DNA of 64,000 nt from assembly GCA_017621415.1 (NCBI GenBank), contig JAGATD010000049.1:1127-65126 (forward strand), given 5' to 3'. Both the position numbers and the translations under genes were made by a program. This document shows positions 18,135 through 27,983 of this stretch, piece after piece (the stretch's first letter is position 1; the number at the start of each line of letters is the position of its first letter). This stretch comes from Clostridia bacterium. Lineage in GTDB: Bacteria; Bacillota; Clostridia; Oscillospirales; CAG-272. Under the pieces are notes generated by a model that was given only the letters and a program-made list of their open reading frames with translations, was not told the DNA's origin and did not search any database.

Positions 18135-20526
18135 GTCTCATTTTTGCGAAGGTTGCCATCAACTTCTTTATCTGCCCGTTGTCAAACTTAACCTCGTAAA
18201 GAACATCTCCGCCCATATCGCGGGAGGAAAGCACTGTTCCATCACCAAAAACTGCGTGGGTGACACGTGTGCCGGGGGAGAATTTTTCTATTCCGTATTC
18301 GGCAGCGCCCTGTGCTGAGCGCTTTTTTTGTTCATTGATTCGCGGAGTGCGGTTAAGCTCGGAGAACACAGGTCTTTCCTGTACTGCAGGTCTTGCGCCA
18401 TATGGAGAGTATGCAGGTCTTCTCGGGCTTTCGTTTTCTATTAAATTCTTTGGCACCTCGTCACGGATAAATCCGGAGAGGCGGTTATACATTGTTTTTC
18501 CGTACATAAGACGGCATTTTGTATGTGTTACATAGAGCTTTTCCTTAGCTCTGGTTATGGCAACGTAGGCAAGACGTCGCTCCTCGCTCATTTCTTCCCT
18601 CTCGCCTATGTTTTGTCCCGAGGGGAAAATTCCGTCTTCCATTCCCGCAAGGAAAACAACGGGAAATTCAAGGCCCTTTGCCGCATGAATTGTCATAAGT
18701 ACAACGGCATCAGCTGTCTCATCGTATTTATCCACATCGGCAACAAGAGCTATTTCCTCAAGAAAGCCGCTTGTTGTAGCTTCGATGCCTGACTCAGCGC
18801 ACCTTGCCTCATACTCTACGGCGGCACCTATAAACTCTTTTACGTTTTCTATTTTGCTCTCGCCCTCAAAGCCCTCAGAGAGGAGCATTGTGTGATAGCC
18901 TGAGCGCATAAAAAGCTCCTCGATAATCTCGGAGGTGCGGGTCTTTTCTGCCTTCACACTTTCAATAAGACTAACAAATGATATAAGCTTTTCTGCCGAT
19001 TTTGCAAGAGCTGTATGGCTTTTGGCATCTGCCATTACACTGTACATGCTCTGCCCCAGGGCTGCCGCGATTTCTTCCACCGCACTAACGGTGGCATCGC
19101 CTATTTTACGCTTAGGCTCGTTGATAATTCGCTTAAGCCTCAGGTTGTCGGAGGGGGATATGAGCACCGAAAGGTAGGCAAGCATATCCTTAACCTCCTT
19201 GCGGTCATAGAAGCCCATGTCACCAACGACCTTATAAGGAATACCGCTTTTTGCAAAGGATGTCTGCAGCGAACGTCCAAGAGCATTTATGCGGTAAAGC
19301 ACGGCAAAATCAGAATATCTTCTGCCCGACTTTATGCCGCTTGTTATCTTATCAATAATGTATCTGCCCTCTGCGTTTTGGTCATCGGTCTCACGCAGGG
19401 TGATTTTTTCGCCCTCGCCCTTATCGCACCACAAGCGCTTTTCGTGCCTGTCTTCATTATTCTTTATAATAGCATTTGCGGCGCTTAATATATTTGAGGT
19501 CGAACGGTAATTCTGCTCAAGCTTTATTACAGTTGCGTCGGTATATGTTTTATCAAAATTAAGAATATTTTCGATGGTTGCTCCGCGGAACTTATATATA
19601 CTTTGGTCATCATCACCGACAACCATGATATTGCGGTATCCGTCGGAAAGAAGCTTTGTTAATACGAACTGAGCATAGTTTGTATCCTGGTACTCATCAA
19701 CCAGAACATACTTAAACTTCCTTTGATAATACTCACGCACGTCGCTTTCAGACAAAAGAAGCTCAACCGTCTTCATTATTATATCATCAAAGTCGACGGC
19801 ATTATACTCCATAAGCCTCTTCTGATACAACTTATATATATTACTTATATCCCTGCCTCTTGGGTCTGATGATATATCAAATTTTTCGGAGGTTACAAGC
19901 GAGTCCTTTGCCCTGCTGATAGCAGAAGCCACAGCCCTTGGCGCAAGGCGCTTTTCGTCTATATCAAGCTCCTTCATACAAAGGGTGATAAGCCGCTTTT
20001 GGTCGTCTGTATCATATATAGAAAATCCGTCGCGGTATCCGAGCCTGTCTCCGAACTTGCGAAGAATACGTAAGCATACCGAGTGGAACGTGCCTGACCA
20101 TATATCATCGGCAATCCTGTCTCCGCCAAACGCTACAGCAAGCCTCTCCTTAATCTCTCTTGCAGCCTTGTTGGTAAAGGTTATGGCAAGAACCGACCAG
20201 GGGGATGCGGGAAAGTAGGCAAACTCCGAAAGAGCGGGCATAATTTCATCAGGAGAATTATCAAGAAGAACCTCCATTTCTCCGATAAGAGCAGGAGAAA
20301 GCTCCCGAGGAGCATTATCAGAAAAATATGCATTACCGTACTGTATTATATATGCTATTCTATTGACAAGAACTGTAGTTTTTCCACTGCCCGCGCCTGC
20401 AAGAACAAGTAAAGGCCCCTCTGTTGTAAAGACCGCACGGCACTGCTCGGGGTTAAGAGCCTTGCCAAAGGCTTTTTCAAACAATTTTCGCTTTAATTTT
20501 TGGTATTTATCTAGAATTTCCTGCAT
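18127..20526 (-). CDS. pcrA: ATP-dependent DNA helicase PcrA/UvrD
   Basis: LAGAGSGKT, VDEYQDTN, VGDDDQSIY, EQNYRS, MTIHAAKGLEF, EERRLAYVAITRA; C-terminal Tudor-like tail. Confidence 0.95.
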   Translation of the reverse strand: MQEILDKYQKLKRKLFEKAFGKALNPEQCRAVFTTEGPLLVLAGAGSGKTTVLVNRIAYIIQYGNAYFSDNAPRELSPALIGEMEVLLDNSPDEIMPALSEFAYFPASPWSVLAITFTNKAAREIKERLAVAFGGDRIADDIWSGTFHSVCLRILRKFGDRLGYRDGFSIYDTDDQKRLITLCMKELDIDEKRLAPRAVASAISRAKDSLVTSEKFDISSDPRGRDISNIYKLYQKRLMEYNAVDFDDIIMKTVELLLSESDVREYYQRKFKYVLVDEYQDTNYAQFVLTKLLSDGYRNIMVVGDDDQSIYKFRGATIENILNFDKTYTDATVIKLEQNYRSTSNILSAANAIIKNNEDRHEKRLWCDKGEGEKITLRETDDQNAEGRYIIDKITSGIKSGRRYSDFAVLYRINALGRSLQTSFAKSGIPYKVVGDMGFYDRKEVKDMLAYLSVLISPSDNLRLKRIINEPKRKIGDATVSAVEEIAAALGQSMYSVMADAKSHTALAKSAEKLISFVSLIESVKAEKTRTSEIIEELFMRSGYHTMLLSEGFEGESKIENVKEFIGAAVEYEARCAESGIEATTSGFLEEIALVADVDKYDETADAVVLMTIHAAKGLEFPVVFLAGMEDGIFPSGQNIGEREEMSEERRLAYVAITRAKEKLYVTHTKCRLMYGKTMYNRLSGFIRDEVPKNLIENESPRRPAYSPYGARPAVQERPVFSELNRTPRINEQKKRSAQGAAEYGIEKFSPGTRVTHAVFGDGTVLSSRDMGGDVLYEVKFDNGQIKKLMATFAKMRRI

Positions 20527-20578
20527 TTTCAAACCGTACTTTCGTTATTTTTGCACAAGCCGACAAATAGTTCGTATT

Positions 20579-20851
20579 TTTTACCACAAAAATTGTGAGA
20601 CGTTTCATTAGACTGAAATTTTCCCCCTCTGAATCATGAGCATTTCTTTTTTGAACAAAGTCTAACTTTCCTGTTTTAACAGGTGTAAAAAAGCCTAAAA
20701 ACGGGGGAAAAAACCCTGTTATCCACACTGCCGGATGTGGAAACTGTGGAAAACTTTTTGTCGAAAAAAACCTGATTTTACCAAATTTTCGGTAAATAAT
20801 TTTCTTAGAGACTAAAGTTATCCACATTTTCCATCTGTTTTGTGTTGAAAA
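20579..20851. promoter_or_regulatory. DnaA-box cluster
   Basis: Perfect TTATCCACA at 20719-20727 and 20818-20826; near-consensus TGTGGAAAC (20736), TGTGGAAAA (20745), TGTTGAAAA (~20843), TTTACCACA (~20580). Confidence 0.75.
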
Positions 20852-20993
20852 CAACTCCGTTAAGGGTAAATTATATTTTTCCGTTATTTTGCTTTGAAAG
20901 CTTTCTTTTACGGTTGTTTTGTTTTTTTGTTCGAAAAAATTTCTGCCCTCTTTTTTCAGAGGTTATGTATTCGTTAAACTTACGAACTTTTTA

Positions 20994-23066
20994 TCACTTT
21001 TTTCTATTTGGAGCTCTCTTTGCCCCTGTATTCGATTTTTTCGCTTTTGGTTTTGTGCTTTTTGCGCTCTTGTCTGAAAGCCTTGCGGCTTCGCGCATTA
21101 TTCTGCCTGCATCTTCACCGAATATTTTGTCAATTTTTGTTTTTTTATGCCCTGAGGCAGAGGTTCTGGAGCCGGATTTTGATTTTACATATGGGCCTGA
21201 CGGGCGAAGAGCACCTCTTTGACCTCTTTTTTCGGGGGTGTAGCGGTTTTGCCTGCCCTCACCGAATGCATGACGGACAAGGCACTCGGGAGAATTGCCT
21301 ATAAGGTCCTCTCTGCCGGCTATTTTCAGCGCCTCTCTTACAAGATTTGCATTTTCAGGCTTTGAATACTGAAGAAGAGCTCTTTGGAGCTGCTTTTCGT
21401 GATAGTCGGTTGTTACCGCCACCTTTTTTCCTGTCATTGGATGTATTCCCGTATAATACATCACCGTCGAAATAGTTCCGGGGGTTGGGTAAAAATCCTG
21501 AACCTGCTCGGGCATATATCCCCATTTTTTCAGCCATAGCGCCATTTCAACAGCATCATTCATTGTTGTTCCCGGGTGGCTTGACATAAGGTAAGGCACA
21601 AGGTATTGCTCAAGACCCGCCTTATCACACAGGGCAAAATACTTTTTCTTAAAGCCCTCAAAAACCTCGATAGGCGGCTTTCCCATCATGGAAAGGGCAT
21701 TGTTTGAGCAATGCTCCGGCGCAACCTTAAGCTGTCCCGACACGTGATTTGTGACAAGGCGACGGAAAAATGTATCATCCTCATCATACATAAGGTAATC
21801 AAAGCGGATGCCAGAACGGATAAACACTTTTTTTACTCCCTCAAGCTTCTCGATTTCAGCGAGCATATGTGTATATTCGCTATGGTCGACCTTTAAATTC
21901 TTACAGGGCTTTGGGGACAGGCATTTTCTGTTAGGGCAGACTCCCGATGTCTTTTGCTTTTCGCAAGAGGGGTAGCGGAAGTTTGCGGTAGGGCCTCCAA
22001 CGTCGTTAATATAGCCCTTAAAATCATCAAGCTTTGTTATTTTGCACGCCTCTTCTATTACGCTTGCTTCGCTTCTTGAGCGTACCTCACGTCCCTGGTG
22101 AAAGGCAATCGCGCAGAAGTTGCAGGCTCCAAAGCAGCCGCGGTTATGGGTTATGGAATGCTTGACCTCTGTTATGGCAGGCACTCCGCCAAGAGAATCA
22201 TAATCCGGGTGATAATCTCTCGCGTAGGGGAGTGAATAGACCTTATCAAGCTCTTCCCTTTCAAGCGGGGGCATTGGCGGATTTTGCACCAGCATTTTGT
22301 CCCCGTAATATTCAACAATCGCCTTACCGTTTACCGAATCTGTATTTTTATACTGCGTGGCAAAGGCTTTTGCATATGCTTCCTTATCGGTTTTGAGAAC
22401 ATCGTAGTCCCCAACCTCGATAAAGTCGTAGTGCACAGGCTCACCCGCCTTACAAAGATAAACGCAACCGCGAACGTCACGTATTTTCTTTATGGGAACG
22501 CCCTTATCAAGCAGTTTTGCAAGACGTCTTATAATATTCTCACCCATTCCGTAAGTGAGTATATCCGCCCTTGAGTCAACAAGGACCGAGCGCCTTACCT
22601 TATTATCCCAATAGTCATAATGAGCAAAGCGGCGAAGCGATGCTTCAAGACCGCCTATTATTATCGGCACATCACCGTAGGCCTCACGAATTCTGTTGCA
22701 GTAAACTATAACCGCTCTGTCCGGGCGAGCGCCCATTTTGCCTCCGGGAGAATAGTAGTCATAGGTACGGCGCTTTTTTGAAACGGTGTAATGAGCCACC
22801 ATGGAGTCAATGTTTCCCGATGAAACAAGGAACCCTAAGCGGGGCTTGCCAAACCTGCAAAAATCCTTAGTAGTTTTATAATCCGGCTGAGCAAGAACAG
22901 CCACTCTGAAGCCCTCGTCCTCAAGCACTCTTGTAATTATAGACGCACCGAATGACGGGTGATCTACATATGCATCACCCGTCACATAAACAAAGTCTAC
23001 CTCCGACCAATTCTTGAGCTTTATGTCCTCTGCCGTGGTAGGCAGAAAATCAAGTCTGTTTTTCAT
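20994..23066 (-). CDS. YgiQ family radical SAM protein
   Basis: GDAYVDHPSFG, EASLRRFAHYDYW, RGCFGACNFC, SGQLKVAPEH, QVQDFYPTP. Confidence 0.93.
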   Translation of the reverse strand: MKNRLDFLPTTAEDIKLKNWSEVDFVYVTGDAYVDHPSFGASIITRVLEDEGFRVAVLAQPDYKTTKDFCRFGKPRLGFLVSSGNIDSMVAHYTVSKKRRTYDYYSPGGKMGARPDRAVIVYCNRIREAYGDVPIIIGGLEASLRRFAHYDYWDNKVRRSVLVDSRADILTYGMGENIIRRLAKLLDKGVPIKKIRDVRGCVYLCKAGEPVHYDFIEVGDYDVLKTDKEAYAKAFATQYKNTDSVNGKAIVEYYGDKMLVQNPPMPPLEREELDKVYSLPYARDYHPDYDSLGGVPAITEVKHSITHNRGCFGACNFCAIAFHQGREVRSRSEASVIEEACKITKLDDFKGYINDVGGPTANFRYPSCEKQKTSGVCPNRKCLSPKPCKNLKVDHSEYTHMLAEIEKLEGVKKVFIRSGIRFDYLMYDEDDTFFRRLVTNHVSGQLKVAPEHCSNNALSMMGKPPIEVFEGFKKKYFALCDKAGLEQYLVPYLMSSHPGTTMNDAVEMALWLKKWGYMPEQVQDFYPTPGTISTVMYYTGIHPMTGKKVAVTTDYHEKQLQRALLQYSKPENANLVREALKIAGREDLIGNSPECLVRHAFGEGRQNRYTPEKRGQRGALRPSGPYVKSKSGSRTSASGHKKTKIDKIFGEDAGRIMREAARLSDKSAKSTKPKAKKSNTGAKRAPNRKK

Positions 23067-23069
23067 GTC

Positions 23070-24311
23070 TTAAATAATGAAGCTGTCGAGAGATACCTCT
23101 GTCTGCTCGCCCGACTGCATATTACGAAGCTGAGCCTTACCCGCATCAACCTCTGAGTCACCGATTATAAGAGTGTACTCTGCGCCAATCTTATTTGCAT
23201 ACTTCATCTGAGCCTTAAGGCTTCTGCCAACAACGTCACACTCAGCAAATTTGCCTGCGGCTCTTAATCTCTCTGTAATTTCAAGCCCCTTTACCATAGC
23301 GCGCTCGCCAAGAGACGCAATGTAAACGGTAGGTCTTGCTGCCTCTACATTATCAAGTCCAAGCTCACGCAGAGCGAGAATAAGACGGGTTATACCCATA
23401 CCGAAGCCGATACCCGAAAGCTCGGGACCGCCAAGAGAAGAAACAAGTCCGTCATAGCGTCCGCCACCGCAAACGGTAGACTGAGCACCGATGCCCTCGG
23501 CAATAAATTCAAACACAGTACCTGTATAGTAGTCAAGTCCTCGAACTATATTTGTATCTACCTCATAGTCGATATTCATAGCCGAAAGCGCCTTGCCGAG
23601 AGTGTCAAAATTAGAGTTGCATTTCTCACAGAGGTGCTCTATTGTTTTAGGTGCGCCCTCGGCAATCTTCTTACACTCGGGGCTCTTACAGTCAAGAAGC
23701 CTTAAGGGATTCTTTTCAAGTCTTGTTTTACAGGTGTCGCAAAGCCCATCCTTATGCGCTGTAAAATACTTAACAAGAGCCTCACGGTAGGCAGGACGGC
23801 ACTCCTTACAGCCAATTGAGTTTATATGCAGCTTTACATTAGTAAGACCAAGTCTTTTAAGCACCGAGTTACCGAGAGCGATAATAGTTGCATCTGCCGC
23901 AGGGCTCTGAGAGCCGAACATCTCGGTTCCGAACTGATAAAACTCACGGCTTCTGCCGGCCTGAGGCTTTTCATGACGGAAGCAGGAGATTATGTAATAG
24001 TACTTAAGGGGCATCGGGTCGGAATATTTACCGTTTTCGATTATAGCTCTGGCAACAGATGCCGTACCCTCGGGGCGAAGAGAGATAGAACGGTCCTCTT
24101 CTCTGTCGGCGAAGGTGTACATTTCCTTTTGCACAACATCGGTGGTATCTCCTACACCGCGGACAAACAGCTCGGTATTCTCAAAGGTAGGGGTACGGAT
24201 CTCACCAAAACCGTATTTCTCCGCCTCCTCACGCATAATGCCCTCAATATGTCTCCAAAGGGGAGTTTCATTAGGTAATATATCCATTGTTCCTTTAATT
24301 CTCTGTATCAT
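23070..24311 (-). CDS. hisS: Histidine--tRNA ligase
   Basis: LRPEGTA, FRHEKPQAGRSREFYQ, VRGLDYY, GGGRYD. Confidence 0.97.
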   Translation of the reverse strand: MIQRIKGTMDILPNETPLWRHIEGIMREEAEKYGFGEIRTPTFENTELFVRGVGDTTDVVQKEMYTFADREEDRSISLRPEGTASVARAIIENGKYSDPMPLKYYYIISCFRHEKPQAGRSREFYQFGTEMFGSQSPAADATIIALGNSVLKRLGLTNVKLHINSIGCKECRPAYREALVKYFTAHKDGLCDTCKTRLEKNPLRLLDCKSPECKKIAEGAPKTIEHLCEKCNSNFDTLGKALSAMNIDYEVDTNIVRGLDYYTGTVFEFIAEGIGAQSTVCGGGRYDGLVSSLGGPELSGIGFGMGITRLILALRELGLDNVEAARPTVYIASLGERAMVKGLEITERLRAAGKFAECDVVGRSLKAQMKYANKIGAEYTLIIGDSEVDAGKAQLRNMQSGEQTEVSLDSFII

Positions 24312-24329
24312 TTTTTAATCCTCCGTCTT

Positions 24330-24728
24330 TTAGTTTTTTTCTTCAATAGCTCTGTGCGCACGCTCAAGTAAAAAATCAAGTCTTTCGACGTCGCCTATCC
24401 ATTCAAGCATTCCCACAACAGCCTCAAAGCCTGTGGCAATTCTGTAATCAGATGCCTGAGCTCTCTTTGGCCTGTTAAGATGCGAGGAATTTGCCGCGCG
24501 ACGAAATGTATCAAGCTCGTCCTCAAGAAGGAGCGGCTCGATAGCCCTAAACATCTCGGCCTGCGCCTCGCAGGTTACATAGCCCTTGGCAGCCTCGTTA
24601 AGCTCGCCTGATTTTGCTATTCCCCTCTCAACCAGTCTTCGTCTTACATACAGCGAATGTCTTGCATCTCCAAGATAAGCAAGCGCCATTACCGTTGGCA
24701 GGCTTGCGCCGAGAATTTTATCGTGCAT
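24330..24728 (-). CDS. mrnC: Mini-ribonuclease III
   Basis: LAYLGDA, AQA, YRIATGFEAVVG; ATG at 24728 after GGAGGA. Confidence 0.88.
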   Translation of the reverse strand: MHDKILGASLPTVMALAYLGDARHSLYVRRRLVERGIAKSGELNEAAKGYVTCEAQAEMFRAIEPLLLEDELDTFRRAANSSHLNRPKRAQASDYRIATGFEAVVGMLEWIGDVERLDFLLERAHRAIEEKN

Positions 24729-24870
24729 TTTTGTTTCCTCCACTTAACACGCGGACATTTTTGTCATCATATCATTGTACCATAAAAACAATATAAAATC
24801 AATACATAAAAATAATTAAAATAATAATTTATTTTTCCGAGAATATTTTTTTAAAAAATTTTAAAAAGCC

Positions 24871-24900
24871 TTGCATTTCGCATATTCGTTATGGTATAAT
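24871..24900 (+). promoter_or_regulatory. sigmaA promoter of the yggS-sepF operon
   Basis: TTGCAT-18-TATAAT with extended TG. Confidence 0.65.
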
Positions 24901-24949
24901 TAATTGAATAGAATAGGCTCTGCCATTTTTTTATTAAGGAATTTCTGCT

Positions 24950-25642
24950 TTGAACGGTTTTGAATATATTAAAAACAATCTTGCTGATTTAAATAAAGAG
25001 ATTTCGGAGCTTGCCGAAAAGGTTGGTCACAAGGTCACTCTTGTTGCCGTAACCAAAAGCGGAAGCGACGATGAGCTTCTTGCGCTTGCGGGCTTTGGCG
25101 CTGCCGACATTGGCGAAAACCGCCCACAGGAGCTTCGGCGCCGAGGCGACCTGCTAAAAGAGGCAGGATACACTCCCTCCCTTCACGAAATCGGAAACCT
25201 GCAGCGAAACAAGGTTAAAATGATAGCCGAGTCTGTCACCCTTATCCACTCGCTTGATTCATACGAGCTGGCAAAAGAGATAGACCGTCAGGCCGGCAAA
25301 TACGGCAGGATTATTCCTGTACTTATAGAGATAAACTCCGCGGAGGAGGCTCAAAAGGGCGGCATTATGCCAACAGATGCAATACATTTTTGCAAATCTC
25401 TGTCTGAATTTAAAAACATTGCCGTATCAGGTCTTATGACTATGGGTCCTGTTTGCGAGGAGCCCGAAGAGATACGTCCCTACTTCCGCCGTACTAAGGA
25501 GCTTTTTGACAAAATGAAGTCTATGGGGCTCTTTGAGGGCGAGGCTGTTCTCTCTATGGGAATGAGCGACAGCTACCGTGTCGCTATTGAGGAGGGGTCA
25601 ACGCTTGTGCGTGTTGGCCGCCGCCTCTTTATTAAGGATTAA
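24950..25642 (+). CDS. yggS: PLP homeostasis protein YggS/YlmE
   Basis: LVAVTK, GENRPQE, IGNLQRNKVK, LSMGMSDSY, VRVG. Confidence 0.93.
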   Translation: MNGFEYIKNNLADLNKEISELAEKVGHKVTLVAVTKSGSDDELLALAGFGAADIGENRPQELRRRGDLLKEAGYTPSLHEIGNLQRNKVKMIAESVTLIHSLDSYELAKEIDRQAGKYGRIIPVLIEINSAEEAQKGGIMPTDAIHFCKSLSEFKNIAVSGLMTMGPVCEEPEEIRPYFRRTKELFDKMKSMGLFEGEAVLSMGMSDSYRVAIEEGSTLVRVGRRLFIKD

Positions 25643-25677
25643 AATGAAAATTATGTAAAAATAAAGGAGACAATAAA

Positions 25678-26085
25678 ATGTTTGAATCACTCAGCGAAAA
25701 ACTTAAAAAAATGAGAGATGAGCGCGACGAGTCTGCCGACATCAGCTTCAAGCCCTACGAGGAGCGTGAGCCTGCTATCGATGCGGCATACGAGAAGGTT
25801 GAGCGTTCCGCTCCCATAGTTGCAAATACCGGCGACGATGCCAGCAACATTGAGCTTAAGGTAGTACGTCCCTCTTCATTCGAGGAGGTTGGCACTATTG
25901 CAGACTATCTTCTTGATGGATGCACGGTTGTACTTAACCTTGAGGTTCTTGACACTGCTTCTACCGTCAGAATGCTTGACTTCCTTAACGGTGTTACCTA
26001 CTCCACCGACGGAGATATCAAGAACGTTTCGAAGAGCACATATATTATCACTCCTCACAACGTTGATGTATCCGACGATAAGTAA
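25678..26085 (+). CDS. sepF: Cell division protein SepF
   Basis: RPSSFEE..IADYL..VVLNL..RMLDFLNG; follows yggS. Confidence 0.9.
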   Translation: MFESLSEKLKKMRDERDESADISFKPYEEREPAIDAAYEKVERSAPIVANTGDDASNIELKVVRPSSFEEVGTIADYLLDGCTVVLNLEVLDTASTVRMLDFLNGVTYSTDGDIKNVSKSTYIITPHNVDVSDDK

Positions 26086-26181
26086 TTCCGTATTTTCGGT
26101 AGGATAATATTTTATGTTCACTAGGGGGTGTCGTTTCTTCGGCATCCCCCTGAATTTTCTTGAATACAAAGGATTGTTTTT

Positions 26182-26457
26182 GTGGAAACAGTATTTTATT
26201 TTGCGGCAAAGTTTGTTCAGGTCATACTTGAGGTAGTTTCTATCGCAATGATAGTACGAATGCTTGTGCCCATATTTACAGGCTCGGAGGATAACAAGCT
26301 ATGTATGTTGGCTACCGTTATTTCAGAGCCGTTTATCGCTCCTGTGCGCGCCCTTATGGTGAAATTCAACATCGGTCAAGGCACGCCTTTTGACTGGAGC
26401 TTTTTTGCCACCTACCTTATTATCTGGCTATTGCAAATGTTTTTACCTGCGATTTAA
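26182..26457 (+). CDS. YggT/YlmG family membrane protein
   Basis: SEPFIAPVR..PFDWSF; synteny. Confidence 0.8.
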   Translation: METVFYFAAKFVQVILEVVSIAMIVRMLVPIFTGSEDNKLCMLATVISEPFIAPVRALMVKFNIGQGTPFDWSFFATYLIIWLLQMFLPAI

Positions 26458-26466
26458 GGAGAGCTT

Positions 26467-27030
26467 ATGAATTATTCGGATTTAAAGAACAAGGCCTTCA
26501 AAAAAATGAAGCCCATGGAATATCTTATATACATTTCTATCATAGCCTTCGGAATAATTGTTGACCAGCTGACAAAGTTTATTGTTGCATCAAATATGGC
26601 TGTTCATCAATCCATTCCGCTTATTGAGGACTTTTTGCATATCACCTATACAACAAACGACGGCGCTGCGTTCGGTTCTATGGACAGCGACGTAGGCAGA
26701 ATGATATTTATGGTCGTTTCTTCCGTTATGATAGTTGCTATGCTTCTTTATCTTTTCCTCGGTCATGCGGAGAACCGCCTTTACGGAATTGCCTCAGCAA
26801 TGATAATTTCGGGCGGTATCGGAAATATGATAGACCGCCTTGGCTTTGGATTTTATGTTAACAAAGACGGTATGGGAGAGGTTATCGACTTTATTGACTT
26901 CTGCGGTATCTGGAACGCAATATTCAACGGAGCGGATTCCTTTGTTTGCGTCGGGGCGGGGCTTCTTGTTTTGGCTCTTGTGCTTGATATTATCAGGGAA
27001 TCTAAAGCGCAAAAGGAAAGCAAAAAATGA
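26467..27030 (+). CDS. lspA: Lipoprotein signal peptidase II
   Basis: DQLTK, NDGAAFG, GGIGNMIDR, VIDF, FNGADS. Confidence 0.93.
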   Translation: MNYSDLKNKAFKKMKPMEYLIYISIIAFGIIVDQLTKFIVASNMAVHQSIPLIEDFLHITYTTNDGAAFGSMDSDVGRMIFMVVSSVMIVAMLLYLFLGHAENRLYGIASAMIISGGIGNMIDRLGFGFYVNKDGMGEVIDFIDFCGIWNAIFNGADSFVCVGAGLLVLALVLDIIRESKAQKESKK

Positions 27031-27959
27031 TTTATACTGTTAATGAGGGCGAAGTCGGGCTTCGCCTTGATGCTTATGTTGCCTCTGTTTCGGGGATATC
27101 ACGCAGCGCTGCTGCAAGACTCATTGAAGACGGCGCAGTTCTTGTTTTTGGAAAGGCACAGGCGAAAAAATATGCCGTTAAGGCATCTGATGAAATTTCG
27201 CTTACCCTGCCCGAATGTGAGGAGTGCGAGGCTCTGCCCGAAAATATCCCCATTGATGTGGTTTATGAGGACGATTACATAATAGTTATAAACAAGCCGT
27301 CGGGAATGGTTGTTCACCCGGCTCCCGGTAATTACACAGGCACTCTTGTTAATGCCCTGCTCTATCACTGCAAGAATTCTCTGTCAGGGATAGGCGGAGT
27401 TATCCGCCCGGGAATTGTACACCGAATAGACAAGGACACCTCAGGACTTCTTGTTTGCGCAAAATGCGACGAGGCTCACCTGTCTCTCTCTGAGGAGCTG
27501 TCTCACCACGGAATTATAAGAGAATACCAGGCTCTTGTTTCGGGCGGATTTTCTGCCGATGAAGGCACTGTTGATTTGCCCATAGGCCGCCACCCTCTGG
27601 ACCGCAAAAAAATGGCGGTTATAAGAGACGGCACCGCAAGAGAGGCGGTAACTCACTACAAGGTAGTGGGTCGTTACGGACAAGTTACCCACCTTGCCTT
27701 AGAGCTTGAAACCGGAAGAACTCATCAGATAAGAGTTCATATGTCACATATCGGACATCCCCTGCTCGGAGACCCTGTTTACTCAAAGACAAAAACACGG
27801 TTTGAGCAACTGCACCCTACACTCTTTAACGGTCAGGCGCTACACGCAGGCAGGCTGACTCTCACTCACCCAAAGACAGGCGAGCGAATGAGCTTTGAGG
27901 CTCCACTGCCCGAAAACTTTAAGCGCTGCCTTGAAATTCTTGAAGCAACCGCTAACTAA
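27027..27959 (+). CDS. RluA/RluD family pseudouridine synthase
   Basis: S4 domain, NKPSGMVVHP, HRIDKDTSG, ETGRTHQIRVH. Confidence 0.93.
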   Translation: MIYTVNEGEVGLRLDAYVASVSGISRSAAARLIEDGAVLVFGKAQAKKYAVKASDEISLTLPECEECEALPENIPIDVVYEDDYIIVINKPSGMVVHPAPGNYTGTLVNALLYHCKNSLSGIGGVIRPGIVHRIDKDTSGLLVCAKCDEAHLSLSEELSHHGIIREYQALVSGGFSADEGTVDLPIGRHPLDRKKMAVIRDGTAREAVTHYKVVGRYGQVTHLALELETGRTHQIRVHMSHIGHPLLGDPVYSKTKTRFEQLHPTLFNGQALHAGRLTLTHPKTGERMSFEAPLPENFKRCLEILEATAN

Positions 27960-27983
27960 TATATATTAAGGAAAACAGCTAAA

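Noticed and set aside
20507-21222. ORFs 20507-20854 and 20842-21222
   Set aside because: Low-complexity translations over the DnaA-box region or antisense to the YgiQ tail.
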